A DNA stretch of 64,000 nucleotides from Octopus sinensis (GCF_006345805.1 NC_043006.1:75702001-75766000), one strand, 5' to 3'; shown: positions 1 through 15,436, counted from the first letter of the stretch. A program made the numbers and translations. Notes: a model not told the origin generated them from the letters alone.

Positions 1-672
1 CGTATACTAAATTTCATTTCATAGTCTTCTCTACTTTTCTTCAATTTTATGTTCTATGCGTCTATAACCAAGCAAATTTGTGCCGTTGACACCACTGGAT
101 TTGAAGATCATTGCTGGAAGGTGTGGCCATCGTAATGATATCCTGTTGGCAACAGATAAAACGACTGAATTTACCTATGTTCTTCTCCTTCGTATTTTCG
201 TTTTGCCTTACGTTGCAATTACGGAAAAAAAGATGGTTGACAAATAATTGTGTTGGGAGCTAAATGCAAGGATGGTAAATACGGTAATAATGAAAGGGAG
301 TCGTTAGCAAAACTAAATTCCAGAGAGTAATGCGAAGTACCTGATCCAATATTGTATAACTCTTTTCTCAATTACTTCATTCTATAAAATATTGGTATAA
401 AAACATGTGAGGTGTAAGACACAAAAGACATTAAAAGAGAATAAAGGAAGTGTTTGGGAAACCCTTAGAAATATTTTTTAGAATTAATATAGTGTAAATT
501 TAATGCGGCGAGCTGGCAGAATAGACGGAGATTGGCAAAGAAGCTGAATAAAAGATTCGTTCGTTTACTTGAGAAACTACCAGTCTCTAGAGCAATGCAC
601 TGAATGAGAATTTATAATAGAAACAAACGTATATTATATATACACACACACACACATACACACACACACACA

Positions 673-718
<46 letters not shown>

Positions 719-719
719 G

Positions 720-1075
720 GGGGTAGCATGTGCCGCCTCTCGTGACGTGGATTAATCTGGTATCTCAGATAAAGAAATTTGTCCAGGCGTTCTCTGAAGA
801 CCTCCAAATCTACACTCCGTAAATGACAGACGTTGTTAGGCAGAATGTTGAATAGTTGTTGACCCCCTTAATCTAAAGCTCTTACAGTAGTGGGTCCCTG
901 TTTTAGGTAGAGAAGACCGTATCATTGGTACTATGCACTACCGTTCGGTTCGATGTCTGATATAGCTTTCAATTCCAAAGTTGGCTGCTAGAACTTCCAG
1001 GTACATATCTTTCGCCTCTTCTCTTTTCGGAGTAGAGTTTCTGAGCCCTGTTTAGGAGCTCGTCTATCATAAGTG
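720..1075 (-). mobile_element. Decayed CR1-group LINE, ORF2 C-terminal fragment
   Basis: Hand translation of the minus strand with frameshifts gives KLYSEKRRGERY..ANFGIESY..CIVP and GQQLFNILPNNVCHLRSVDLEVFRERLDKFL. These resemble the conserved LYSLERRRERY / GPRLFNxLP..FKxxLDKFL C-terminus of CR1-group RT ORFs. Confidence 0.65.
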
Positions 1076-1120
1076 AACAGAAACATAGTTTAAGAATAGA
1101 AGATACAAGACATTATACAG

Positions 1121-1454
1121 TAAGCGTTTAATATTTAAACAGAGAGAATACCGCCATGGTTTTCAGAGTAGAGCAATTGATTTCGGGGATTCAGTGAAAT
1201 ATGTCCCCGGGAGAAAGTCACAAAACAACTACTATATAATGATTCTCCACTTATACCAAATGTGGCTTTTGCCATAGGATATATATATATTTATAAGCGT
1301 TTAATATTTAAACAGAGAGAATGCCACCATGGTTTTCAGAATAGAGTAATTGAAGTCGGGGATTCAGTGAAATATGTCCCCGGGAGAAAGTCACAAAACA
1401 ACTACTATATAATGATTCTCCACTTATACCAAAGGTGGCTATTGCCATAGGATA

Positions 1455-1496
<42 letters not shown>

Positions 1497-1607
1497 ATAT
1501 ATATATTATATATATATATATATCCTATGGCAAAATCCACTTTTGGTATAAGTGGAGAATCATTATATAGTAGTTGTTTTGTGACTTTCTCCCGGGGACA
1601 TATTTCA
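1121..1607. repeat. 173-bp direct repeat x2 plus inverted partial copy (Penelope-like terminal structure)
   Basis: The unit starting taagcgtttaatatttaaac occurs at 1121 and 1294. After a (TA)n tract, ~1519-1607 is the reverse complement of the unit's 3' part. Confidence 0.8.
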
Positions 1608-1609
1608 TG

Positions 1610-1770
1610 CGCCCTTACGTTCAGAGTTCAATTTTTACCGATGTCGACTTTACCTTTCATCCTTTCGGGGTTGATAAAATAAGTACGAATCGACCACTGG
1701 GGGGTCGATGTAATCGACTTACCCCTCTCCTAACATTGCTGATTGTGTGTGCCAAAATTTGAAACCAATA
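1610..1770 (+). mobile_element. SINE family A fragment (tail type 2)
   Basis: Core gtcgactttacctttcatcctttcggggttgataaaataagtac, followed by tail gtgccaaaatttgaaaccaat. Confidence 0.8.
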
Positions 1771-2026
1771 TTTTGTCATTGCGTGTTTCATCTACTTTCT
1801 TTCGTTTTATTGTCTTTCTTCGGTTTCGATAAGAGGAAACCTTGCAATAATCATAAATGCGAAGACATCAAACTAGAAAGATTTCTCTTAAGAGTCTAGT
1901 GAACAATATTAAATTATATTGACGATTATTTCGCAATAAAGTTCATTCGGCTATATCAGTAATACACACCCTCAGCGGAGACAAACATACGTACAGACAC
2001 ATATACACACAGACATATATATATAC

Positions 2027-2061
<35 letters not shown>

Positions 2062-2086
2062 CGTTTATGTATCTGGGTATATATGC

Positions 2087-2131
<45 letters not shown>

Positions 2132-2372
2132 CATACACACACACATATATGTATCTTGTGTATATATGCATATATACATATATACATATATACATAAACA
2201 CACGGATACACAGACACACACACACTCACACATTTATTGTGTATATATTAATATATGTATATCTATCTAATATATGTGTTCGTAGGTTTGTTTGCACATA
2301 TATTTATATATGTCTGTGTACGTATATTATACCCACATGTGCATATACACTCACACACGCTTATACATAAAT

Positions 2373-2449
<77 letters not shown>

Positions 2450-2536
2450 CTCACAGATACACACACACACATATATACATATGCATGATGCACATGTACA
2501 ATCAAATTCAAGATGCACACGCACATACACTCATAT

Positions 2537-2593
<57 letters not shown>

Positions 2594-5546
2594 AATGTAT
2601 AGAAACAAACACACGCGAAATCGTATTTTTGAATTCAAAAGGTGAATGCCAATAATAAGATTGAGTTATCGAGAAGCACATACTTCAACGAAAGTTGGTA
2701 ACAATTAACCAACCAGAAAGCGAAAGAAAACATGAAAACTTCAAGACATCAAAACATTTATTCACTCCCCACTTGATATAAATGAACCATTCTCAGCACG
2801 ACGAAAATGTTCGTCCGCTTACTTTTAATTTACTCGTATTATATCCCTCAGGCTATGTGCGAATCGCCTGATTTGAAGAAATCTTTGTCGTTGAGAATTT
2901 AATAACCTCAACAATAATTACACGCATGCACGGAGATTGACCGCGATATCTACTTCACAATTTGTTCATTCTGTGACTGCAGAATAAAAAGCTATCTGTG
3001 GAAATTTGATATTTGTTTATTTCATTTATTGTTTATGTATTTATTCTATGTAGTAATTTGCGAACAATAGCGTCGTTGGTTACACGTTTGCAAATGGGTT
3101 AATCACTGGTTCATTTAGTATCTATTATGGCAATAGTGAAAAGGATGCGTCTAACTCTATTTTGCCAAAAGGCTTGCAAGGGGCAAGGCATGCGTTTAGC
3201 AGCTCTTTCTTTTTTCTTTTTTGCCTTGTTTTGATTTGTTGATGTTTATATATCTCCTCACCGATTTAATTCGGTCAGAGTTGTTGATATACATACGTAC
3301 GTACGTACATACATATACATACATACATACATACATAATACATACATACATACATACATATATACATACGTATATATTATATACATATATGCACACGTTA
3401 TTTGAAAGGAATAGAAGATTACCAATATACTGAATCAATACATACATGCATACACACGCACACACGCACACACACACCACACCACACACACATACACACA
3501 CACACACACATACACACACATACATATATGCCTCAATGCTCGAAGCATGTCCGAAGTTGCTTTCTGTACTTGCTAATATAATTAAAATTACATTGCTAAT
3601 AAAGCTAATATTTTCTTTACCTCAGCGAATAATTAGTTATAGATTATTTTTGATGTTTTCAACGTTAACTACATACTCGTAGCTAATATGTTAATCTGTT
3701 GTATGTCCAAATTTTGTCAAAAGCGTTTTTGTAATATTTGATTTTGCTTGCAATAGCCAGTTCTTTGGGTAAAACTATCGTATCTCCAGCTGCTTCAGAT
3801 GGTATGATATGAAAATTGGCAAAATGTATTACAACCGTTTAGCATTTTTCAAAAGTGTAGTAAGTCCCACATACGTAAGTTTTACAAAAATATTTCTGGC
3901 TGTAAATATACATGCTTGGAGGTACGATTTTACGCACCCAACAGAGTTAAGCTGCAACTGTTGCTAATGTAAAATGAAATGGAATGGTGAAATTATCTTT
4001 TCGTTTTCTGAAAAAGCAACGCTTTGGACTTCCGACACTTTTGCATAATAGCAACGATATGTTACCACATACGTACATAAGTGTATATCGATATCAAGAC
4101 GGCAAAAATCATTCCTCTCCTCCACGTACCTTTGGATTAATCTTAATAATTCTAAGAATGGGAGCTAATATATTTTGAGCTTCAGAATCACGCAAAAAAA
4201 TTGAACAAAAGTTATTATTACCTCATGACATAAATACTTAGGATTAGATTTTTGATTCTTCCAGTTGTAAAAATATATTATCACAATAAGTATATGGATC
4301 ATCGTTGGGTTCAACGGTGAGTGTTCAGTTGTCCTGTGAAAGGAAATATCATCGCAAACACGTTTCCAGGAAGCTGTCTACTTACTGTCAGGCTGAAGAT
4401 CAGAAAACGTCAGTCAAATGAACATTTGTTACTATCAAGCAACTCTACCACAATAGATATTACTATAACTAATGCATATTCTCACCGCTTCTTTAAATTC
4501 GTGGGCGAGATATTCATGGCTATATTATTATTTATCTATTATCGTATTTATTTTAAATTTTGATTAAAACGTTCATTTTTGAGATGATTTATGATTAAGC
4601 ATAAATCAAGTGAAATATCGAATAGGAAAATAAACAATTCCTCAACTCTCTTGGCAGAAGACTGGATAAAATAAAGAACGCAATATCAGAACTGCAATAA
4701 TATGGAACATAATTTAGTTATAATGTCAGACATTAAAATTAAACCTGGCGGTGTTATTATGGATTCACAATCGATTGCAAGGTAGTAGAACTAGCCAACC
4801 ACGTTGGCGATAACACTGCCTGTCAACGGAAGAACTGAATATGACTGTAAAAGCGGAATATTGATTTATTACCTCTATGGAGCAATTTTGTCCACGACAA
4901 TTTCATTGAAAAGCCTGTATTGAGAATAAAACAAAAAGAAATAAGGTCAAACGGGACACTTGTTCTCGAGTTGTGATGTTATATTTCATTACAGTATATC
5001 TGTTTAGTACGCCAGGAAATAGAGTAATAGAAATATTAGAGTATCAGACGCAATACCTAGCGGACTCTAATATCAGTTTTAAGGCCTCTAATTTCAAATT
5101 CTTTCTAAATTGGCTTTTACTTTCATCTGCTGCTCTTGAGACTTATATAATATTTTGCAGTCTGGTAGTTTAGACAATGTTGATTCTATAGCGCCATCAT
5201 CGAAATGTATAATAAACTTTGCACGGTGGTTAGATAACGACGCTTAAGTAACACAGGAAGACATAAGGAACTATCCCATCATCTATAAGTCGTGGTCAAA
5301 CCTTGTGAGCCCTTGACTATGTTAAAAATTATTGGTTTTAATTCAAAATTCAAAATCAGGGTGAGATGTTTGGAATGGGGATGTTAATCAATATAATTGA
5401 CTTCAGTACTTGAGTCCTTCTTTATTTTATCGATCTCGAAAGAATGAAAGGTAACGTGAAATCTAAGTGCAAAGAGCTGGGACGAATAAAAACATATTTT
5501 TGGACGCTTTGGAGATTCTGCCAATCCACAGCCCTCGTATGTTATA

Positions 5547-5649
5547 AACAACAACAGCAGCAGCAGTAGCAGCAGCAGCAGTAGCAGCAGCAGCAGTAGC
5601 AGCAGCAGCAGCAGTAGCAGCAGCAGCAGCAACAACAACAACAACAACC
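5547..5649. repeat. (CAG/TAG/CAA)n trinucleotide microsatellite
   Basis: Directly visible; source of the poly-L and poly-A ORFs. Confidence 0.95.
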
Positions 5650-6149
5650 ACTCTTTGTCTGTTCCCTCTTCCCTGCCAGACAAGTGGACCAATGATTACG
5701 ATATTTTTCGGATTTACAAAGACGGTCGTCAGCATTAAAAGATCAGAAAGTATCATTATTTCGTTGATATCGATTTCTGAATCGATAAACCACCTTCGTG
5801 TTTCTATTAAAAATTCACCGACCACGCGTAACTCTGGATTTTCACCGTATAGTTCGTGGCCCCATCGTACCTTTATCAGACTAGTAGTCATGATGGGTAT
5901 ACTGGGCTTCGTATCTTTTACCCTAGTGTCACTTTGATGGCGTGCACTGCTCTCTCACTCAATAATATTAATACTTATTGATTCATTTATTTATCCCCAT
6001 TGCAATGAATGAAGGGAATATTTCAATATTTTAAAACCCCAGATGTATGTATGCAGAGTCAGTTATGAAAAATATTTGCATGGACAAAAGAGCCTACGAA
6101 TGTTATGAAATGGACGAACATCGATGATTTTGAATAACCCTCACTCACA

Positions 6150-7300
6150 GGGGTCACATGCTCCTATCTTGTCTCGTCTAGAGGTGTACACTAGCACAAG
6201 CCCATTTACGCAGTCCATTCCCTCAACCTTCCATTCACTTGACCCAAGACTACAACTCTGTCAAAATTATCTTGACAGGATTTTCGTTCGAGAAGTCTAC
6301 GATGCTGCCATCTGTTCTTCTAATAAGGACCTTCTTTCCAGCGACCCGACACACTGACGCGTATGAATCTGCTATTCCATGTGCTGAGCTGCAAGTCAAG
6401 TGATTTCTGGCTAACTTATTCTCTTGTTACCAAACTGTATCCTCTCAGTAGGGTGCAACTCATATGACCTTTTACAATGCTCCATGCCATGATGCTTAGG
6501 TGGTCTGCGTACATGACCTGATAGCATGTCTCATTTCAAGTGCATTTCTAGTCAACATCTCAACTTCGGTAGTAATAATTGAAAAGACATGGAGGGAAAA
6601 AGAATGAGAAAGACACATTAAACAGAAGTAGGGACTATTTCTAAAATTTCAATAGCTGACCATTTAATTTAATGACCATGCAAACACCACATGTTACTGA
6701 AGCGAACTCAAGGCCTGAAACGTAGCAGTGAACAGAGCTAGGAATTGCTGCTGAAGCCCCTCTTCTTCGTGTCCTTTCTCACTAGTGACACTACCCATAT
6801 AACGCAGCTGGAAATATTCCTTCATGATAAATACAACAGGCTGTAGAAGTAGGTATCGAAGTACACGGTCTATGATTCATCAGAATTCTCAAACAGCTGG
6901 GAAAAGTGCTGCTTGCAAATAGCATCCACCTGCCGGGACGACAGCTCACACCTGTTGTAGTTCTTCAAGATCTGAATTACTGCTTTGTTATCACATTGTT
7001 CTCTGTCTCCTCAGCCCATCGAATAGTATCACGAACTCGTATCTAAGAGCATTCGCTTTAGCCTGGCAAAGCAGTATTTGCCACTTTCGCCACTAGCAGC
7101 TTATCCGTGGGGTTACGATTTCGCCACAGTGCCTTGTCTAATTCGCGTATCGAATCGAATGTTTTATGTTACTAGTTCTTAGTCAAAACTCGTTAAAACT
7201 TCTTTAATGGGTCACTTCAGAGGGGACTCTCAACAGTTGGCTGATGATCACACTCAAATACCAGTCACCATCCTACGTCTATATATCCCACCTTTATTTA
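6150..7300 (-). mobile_element. Highly decayed RTE-like LINE reverse-transcriptase remnant
   Basis: Minus-strand pieces RTTTGV (cf. TTGVRQGC, ~6940-6965), QLRYMGSVTSEKG (cf. FxYLGS, ~6770-6810) and VVLGQVNGR (~6225-6255). Many stops and frameshifts. Confidence 0.5.
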
Positions 7301-7599
7301 ACTTTGCGCATGTATATCAACACGGAGAACTCTTCACCATTTTAAATAGAATTTTCATCTTAGCTTAAGCGAAACGATTTATAATAACCAAAGACAACTT
7401 TTTATTTCAGTATTTCTTTACTTTTCTATTCAAAGTTATAAAACTGTGCACAGAGCTATGAACAATTATTTACGCTATCCTGCTATCATATCTGAAGAGA
7501 AAACCAAGAATAGATTAAGAACGTGATGCTATTTAAAATGACAGTAATACATTTATCTTTTAAATAACTCTGTCAGATATTTTATATCTACTATCATCC

Positions 7600-7930
7600 A
7601 AACTGTTTTATTCGATTTTTGTTGGCGATGAAAGCAATATGCATGTGGTAACACTTTCGAATGTCTCTGAAACTGTCAGCCACGTTGATTTTTCTTTTTT
7701 TCCCTCGATAAACGATTAATATGTCTAGTCGATCTTTCAACAGTTTTGCGAGGCTTCCCTGATCAAGAACGTTGAAAGAAGCCATCAGTTTCTTTGAAGA
7801 TGTCCATAACATAGTAAGCAACAGTTACTGAGCATCCTGTATCCACAGATATAGCTTGCAAATTCCACTTCATCTTATGCAGTTCGACAATTCTCGATTG
7901 CGTCTCTAATGATAAGCACGCTTTATTTAC
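7600..7930 (-). mobile_element. Tc1-like transposase N-terminal remnant
   Basis: Minus strand LSLETQSRIVELHKMKWNLQAISVDTGCS..FKET..SGKPRKT resembles the Tc1 paired-like HTH plus GRPR motif. No TIR found. Confidence 0.55.
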
Positions 7931-8029
7931 TTATCACAACAGGCTTTTCACTATTGTAACCACATAACTATTAATGGTCTATCTTACCTAGATAGAGTAA
8001 GATATCTCTTCTTTCTTTTCTTTTGCCTG

Positions 8030-8322
8030 TTTCAATTATTGAACTGCAACCGTACCGCCTCGAAAAAATCCACTCTAGTACTTACTTTCAAAGTTTGGAA
8101 CTTATTTTAACGGTTTCTTTTGCCGAACCGCTATGCCACAGGGTTATAAACCAACTAATACCAGTTTTCAAGTGGTGGTGGTGAGGAACAGAGAAAAAAC
8201 ACACAGACATACACATATGCATATACACACATATATACGATGGGCTTCTTTCATTTTCCGCTTACCAAATCTACTCAGAAATCTTTGATCGGCCCGTAAG
8301 TACCGTAGAAGATACTTACCCA
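8030..8322 (-). mobile_element. SINE family B, diverged and 5'-truncated
   Basis: Contains tttgccgaaccgc, an internal (CA) tract and gggcttctttcattttccgcttaccaaatc, matching the other copies. Confidence 0.75.
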
Positions 8323-8754
8323 AGAAAATTAAAATAATTTTTCTAAAATGCCCCTATGTTAAACAGTCTTTACTTTGTGGCCAAATTGATACAACCAATG
8401 AGAAGGTGGATTGACAGAATGCTTTGGGTTATTTCCCCTGGCTTCTTACGTACTGAGTTCAAATATTGCCAAGGTGAACTTTGGTGTGGACAAAACAGCA
8501 TATCAGTCAATGGGGTCGCGTTAGCAACTAATACTCTCTCCTCAACATTACTGGCCCCGTGTCTAAATTAGAAACAAATAGCAATACAAATAATAATTGT
8601 GTGAAGGTAACTGAAATTAAATTTGCAGCAATTAATAAAAAATTCTTTTTATATTCATAGACACTTCGAATCGAAAGTGATTTAATAAGCGGAAAAAACA
8701 ACAAATAATAACTGTTTTAAAGTGACTCCGACATATACACAAATAAGCATACGC

Positions 8755-8818
8755 TTATGTGTGTAAGTATGTATGTATATGTATCTATCTATAAATGTAT
8801 ATATGTGCGTGTGTACAC

Positions 8819-8883
<65 letters not shown>

Positions 8884-9102
8884 CATACATACATATATAT
8901 ATATACATACATACATATATATATATATACATACATACATATAAATATATATACACATATATATATATATATACACATACATATGTATATATACATATAT
9001 ATATATACGAATATACATATATATATACACATATATATGTATATATACATATATATATACGAATATACATATATATATACACATATATATACATATACAT
9101 AT

Positions 9103-9185
<83 letters not shown>

Positions 9186-9359
9186 CATATATATACATAC
9201 ACACACATACACACACACACACATATATATAATATATGTATATATATACACACGTACACATATACATATCCATATATCTATATACTTAAATATATATTCT
9301 TATCTATGTGTGTCTCTTTTCCTTTCTCTTTCTATATATATAATTACACACACACACAT

Positions 9360-9435
<76 letters not shown>

Positions 9436-9619
9436 ATACATATATATATAATACACACACACACACATACACACACACACATATATATAATATATGTATA
9501 TATATATACACACGTACACATATACATATCCATATATCTATATACTTAAATATATATTCTTATCTATGTGTGTCTCTTTTCCTTTCTCTTTCTATATATA
9601 TAATTACACACACACACAT

Positions 9620-9670
<51 letters not shown>
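8755..9670. repeat. (TA)/(CA) compound microsatellite containing a 260-bp tandem duplication
   Basis: Non-repetitive core tatctatgtgtgtctcttttcctttctc at 9301 and 9561. Confidence 0.9.
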
Positions 9671-9671
<1 letters not shown>

Positions 9672-10829
9672 ACGCACACAGACTTCTATAAATGAATACA
9701 CCCACCCACTGATATAATTACATATAAATATACATAAATATGTGCGTATATGTGTGTACGTGTATTTATGTATGTGCAATCATGCATATATATGTTTCTA
9801 TATTTGTTAAAATTTTAGTATAGATATTGTAACATTCCCCACACCAATCGATAGAACACACCAGAAAATCACGAACAACACAAAGTCTTATTACTTTTCA
9901 TCATATACAGTTAAATTCTAGCCTTGTGCCTTCTTTACGAATCAATATTCCTATGTGTTTCCTAACAAAGAAATCAGAACCAAGTATTACCCTGAAAGAA
10001 GCGAAAGTGAATATGTCATTATGAAGTAAATGTACACATCAGACTGTGTAATAACATGAATCACTATGTTTTGTTTGGTTTCTCACTTTGTATGTTAACA
10101 CACGGACGACATATGTGTTTTGAAATCTAGCGCTGTCTGAAGATGTCAGATGAAAGCAACATAGAATGACTTCATCGTGTATTCTGCATTGTCATAGAAT
10201 CTAACAATTACTTTTGCTGTAAGACTTTCTGTTATCTTAGCTATTGATTGATATAATTGAGCTTTTGGCATTTCGGTCTAAGATCATGCAAATGTAATTT
10301 CGTAGATACACTACCACTCTTTCGGTTGACATAGTTATGGGGAAATACAAAGACTTATTGTCGGCGACTCTGCCTATTTACCAACATACCTATCTCCCTG
10401 CTTCCTTGCCTGTCATCTTGGCTGCCTGTCTGTTTGCTTGCCTTCCTCATTACGTATCCTTGCATACTTACCTACACATACACAACCAAGCAGCCCAGAG
10501 GATGATTCTCAAATTTTCATATCCCACGTAATTTAATACGTTTTAATGTCAGGAGTTATCGATATTTTTGTATATTTTCTACATAAATGTATTAAAAGGT
10601 TGCTAGCCGGAGATTCCTTTCACTGTAGAATAATGCCAAACGTATTGTTGTTCTACGTACTGTTGTACGAAAATATATCAAAGGCGCAAAAATTTCCAAG
10701 AAAATCTTGACATAAATTAAGATAAAATAAGCAAATAAAATGTGTAATAAAAGAACTAATTTCACATTGCGAATTTAATTTGTTAGATTTGTATGTACAT
10801 ATACCTGTGTATGTGAGTGTGTGTATTTG

Positions 10830-10867
<38 letters not shown>

Positions 10868-10914
10868 TTTCTTTATGTATATAGCTTTATGAATCTGGAT
10901 ATATATGTATGTGA

Positions 10915-10947
<33 letters not shown>

Positions 10948-11030
10948 TATATATATTATATAATATTATATATATATATACATACACACACACAAACACA
11001 CACACATATATATATATATATGTATGTGTA

Positions 11031-11077
<47 letters not shown>

Positions 11078-11146
11078 GCATGTATGTATATATGTAATGA
11101 CAAATGAAAGGCAGAAGATGAAATATATGAGAATATATTATTAATC

Positions 11147-11246
11147 AAAACATTTGTTTCGACACATCTAGCATCGACTCCTCTTGTGGGACACACAAAA
11201 ATTGGTACAGGAGTATCCGGTGGTGCAGACGTATCTCGTCGGGGGT
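11147..11246 (-). ncRNA. Degenerate hammerhead-like motif (Penelope-type)
   Basis: Minus strand: cCGACGA, long stem II (gatacgtct/agatgtgtc), then GAAAcaaatgtt. The core U>C change and cleavage triplet are non-canonical. Confidence 0.4.
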
Positions 11247-11424
11247 TAAATTAAAAAAATCTCGTTAAAATGACAGTTCCATAATGCAACTTTTCGTTTT
11301 GTAGAGAGAAAAGCAGCCAGACGGAGGAAAATTCTTCATATATGTACAAGATCCCAAAATAAAATTGCAGAAGACAAAGAGAGAAACGAACACTTAATCC
11401 AGTGAGAAAAGTATTGAAAATATG

Positions 11425-11505
<81 letters not shown>

Positions 11506-12534
11506 GTATATGTGTGTATGACCCGTCCTTGTTTTTTCTGTATCGTCTATCTGGATGTTTTGTTGTCCAGTTTTGAATCATTTAGTTGTCCAGATGTTTT
11601 GCGTTCTTGTCACATTTTGTATCTTATATATCTTATATCTTATATATGTATATTTATATATCTATATATGTTTGTATGTGAATGTGTGTGTTCGTGTAGG
11701 GTACCAATAAAATCGATAAAATTTTTATGGCAGAGCATAAGAAGGCATTTGGGACTAATTTAATACATTCTTAGAAATAATTTTCGGTAGGCAATCGGTA
11801 AACATATGCAGACGAAGAAATTATTTCTTACATGAATTTCTTCATTGCATACAATTAAAAAATATTATCCGACAGAAAGGAGATGCTATTTTATGAGTAT
11901 GCATGTATTTAGAAGGAAGTATAAATTCGTTTCTTCTCAGAGTAGTGCCGTAATTGAAAACAAATATTGTATTAATACTGGAGTGTTGTTTGAATAATTT
12001 CAAGATTTTTATGTATAAGAGAACTCTGTCAAATTTAGAGAATATGCATAAATGTAAGGTCAAAATGCCATCGCACACCAATTAGCGAGATCAATATTAA
12101 AAGGAAATAATATTTGTCTTATGATAATGCTCTTGACTTAAGAAAAACGGAGAGGAATTGTATCACTTTGTCTCTTTGAATGCATATGATGGTACTCAGT
12201 TGAGTAAATTTATTGGGATGTTTAACAGTATGTAGCTTTAAAAAACAATCCTGAAGTTACAAGAGGTATTTATAGAATCGATGGGCATTTAATATCGAGA
12301 AACAAGTGTGGACATAAGATTTATAGATTTAGAACAGACCTAGTACAATGTCCCAGGTAAGTAGCTGGGTAAGTAGCTGTATATATTACGGTAGACATTC
12401 TCTTCATTTAGATATCATCCTGATGTATTGATAGATTTATGCTCATTTTCCACCATAACCCTAACGAAAAGTTAATTTATATAAGTAGTTGTAACAACCC
12501 ACTAAACATTTTAAGAAATTTAATCCCAAATATT

Positions 12535-12715
12535 GGTTTCAAACTTTGGCACAGGGCCAGCAAATTAGGGGAGGGGCTAAGTTGATTACAGCAAACCCAA
12601 TACTCAACTAGTACGTATTTTATCGATCCTGAAAGAGATGAATGGGATATCAGCTTAGGTGGAGTTTGAACTCACTGTGTAAAGACTGACGTAATCATTT
12701 TCCCCGCCGCCTTAA
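12535..12715 (-). mobile_element. SINE family A, diverged (tail type 2)
   Basis: ttggtttcaaactttggcacagggccag tail, ttttatcgatcctgaaag core and gtttgaactcac B-box-like motif. Confidence 0.65.
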
Positions 12716-13567
12716 TTTAACCCATAAAATTAATAAGTAAATATAATCCGCCGTTGTGTAAATCCTTTGGTTGGATTATACCCTTTAATTCAATGATCTA
12801 GCCACGTTCAAATGTGAAGCTGATTCAACCTGAAAATATAATTAACGAGAAATATAACTATGGATAATCGATCACTTAAATTAAAATCAAAGAACTTTTG
12901 AGATTAATATGTTTAGGACCTGATAGCTCATACCTAAAAAGTCTGACTGATATCCGTTTGTTAGATGTATATTTACCAATTTAAATAGAACCAATTTAAA
13001 TAGATGTATACGAGTATTCAAGATGTTCACTTCAACAATTTCAATAGACGCGAACTACAACTTCAACAATCTTATGAATATGTTTTCATTGGAAAATTGC
13101 ATTGTAGTACTTCTTTAAGTTTTATACTTATCGCCTTTAGACAGATATATATATTTTAGATAAGCTTTGTTTATAATTTATTCGCATATGACATTTTTCA
13201 AACGTATAACCGAAAAGTTATATTTATTTGTACATCATTAATTTGATCTAATTGTGTTTCAGATGCAAACATTGATTAATTTTGAACCATCCCAGTTTCT
13301 GGTGAAAAACTACTTAACATTTTGTTTGCTGATCTTTATATCAGAACAAAAGTTTCAACTTCGCTCAAAATTTCCAGGTCTCTATGACGCTGAAGGGTTC
13401 AAATTAATACGAAACACGGACCTTGGACGGTCAACTAACGTCATTCTGGGCGATCTGTGCTTTTTATGCACAAAATCTTGTAAGAGAAAATTTTCTGAGA
13501 TAAAATATTTTTGCATGTATATATGTATCTATATTTATATATATGTATATGTTTATGTATGTATGTA

Positions 13568-13940
13568 TCATCATCATTGTTCGACCGTGGTCGAGACAAT
13601 GGAATTTACCATGCTACGTCAGACTTCACAGTCCATCATGGCATTACGGAGGTCCTGTTGCTGGATGCCTGTATCCCTGGAGATTACATCTGGGTAGGAG
13701 AGTGTGCGCCCTCTGGTATTGCGAGTAGATGGCTTCCAGAAGAGAAGAGTAGAAATTACTTCTATTTCAGCTCTACAACAATGTCCAGCAAACTGGACTC
13801 TCCTACCTTTCACAAGAGATGACACAGGTGGTAGTTTCCCATATATTTGCATTTTGGTTGGATGGCGCCTCCACGAGAGATTTTGAGCTCTCATAAGGAG
13901 GCGAGTGTAGGTTCCATCCAACCGCCTCTCAAGCTTATCA
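13568..13940 (-). mobile_element. RTE-clade LINE, 5'-truncated 3' end
   Basis: ORF 13619-13948 (ERRLDGTYTRLLMRAQNLSWRRHPT..RRVQFAGHC..LLFWKP) is a typical RTE C-terminus. It is followed by a short (TGA)n tail. Confidence 0.85.
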
Positions 13941-14519
13941 CACAACATAAATAATTATAAAAACCAAAAGACGCCAATTGTTGCCACTTATATATATATT
14001 TTCTGATATATATAAGTTCCATTATATATATAGTCACTTCAGGTTCTTTTGGTTTCGAAAAAGACGAAAGTCCGTGTGAAAGGACGGCTGGATTGTAAAA
14101 TTTAATTTAAATGTCTGTGTTATGAGCGTCAGCGTTAACTATTCAATCATATATAAATTTCAATCGAGTGCTATCTACAACCACCGAACTTCACTTCATT
14201 ATATCTCAAACACATAGCAATTGAAACCCTTTCATGTCCAAGATAGTCGCATGTCACCACAACATACAACAATAATATACGTGTGTATATATATGTATAT
14301 AATTAAGTATCTAAGTCTTCTACGTGTAACTGCAACAAAAAATATATAAACAATTACATCTTCAATACAACAACTCTTTTATCCATTTAAATTAGTTGGT
14401 ATGAAAAACATTGTTTAAATAAAATAATAATAATTCATATATATTATTTTCTCGGAGGTATAATTCTCTAATTTTGCTAATATGGACTTAAGAGTGTAAA
14501 TGGGATATCTAAAATAACC

Positions 14520-15270
<751 letters not shown>

Positions 15271-15401
15271 ATATATATATATATATATATATAGTTAATT
15301 CAAACAAGAAAACACAGAAAAAAAGAGAAAAAAACCCCACAGCAACGCAGGACGTGGAACAATTAGAGTATTATTGACGCTCAGGAAAGAAGGGAAGGAG
15401 G

Positions 15402-15436
15402 GTTTAACGTTTCGAGCGGAGCTCTTCGTCGGAAAC
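15402..15436 (-). ncRNA. Hammerhead variant in Penelope-like terminal repeat
   Basis: Minus strand gttt-CCGACGA-a-gagc-tcc-gctc-GAAA-cg-TTA-aac, with palindromic aacgtt. The core has a U>C change. Confidence 0.6.

Noticed and set aside
3660-3950. Possible TTAA-flanked MITE
   Set aside because: One end looks terminal (cagagttaa), but no matching inverted end could be found.
8757-9695. 312-aa ORF and the many other YI/HT/CV-rich ORFs
   Set aside because: Translations of (TA)n/(CA)n microsatellites, which lack stop codons.
10133-10170. CTGAAGA..GAAA hammerhead-like motif
   Set aside because: No convincing stem II, stem III or cleavage triplet.
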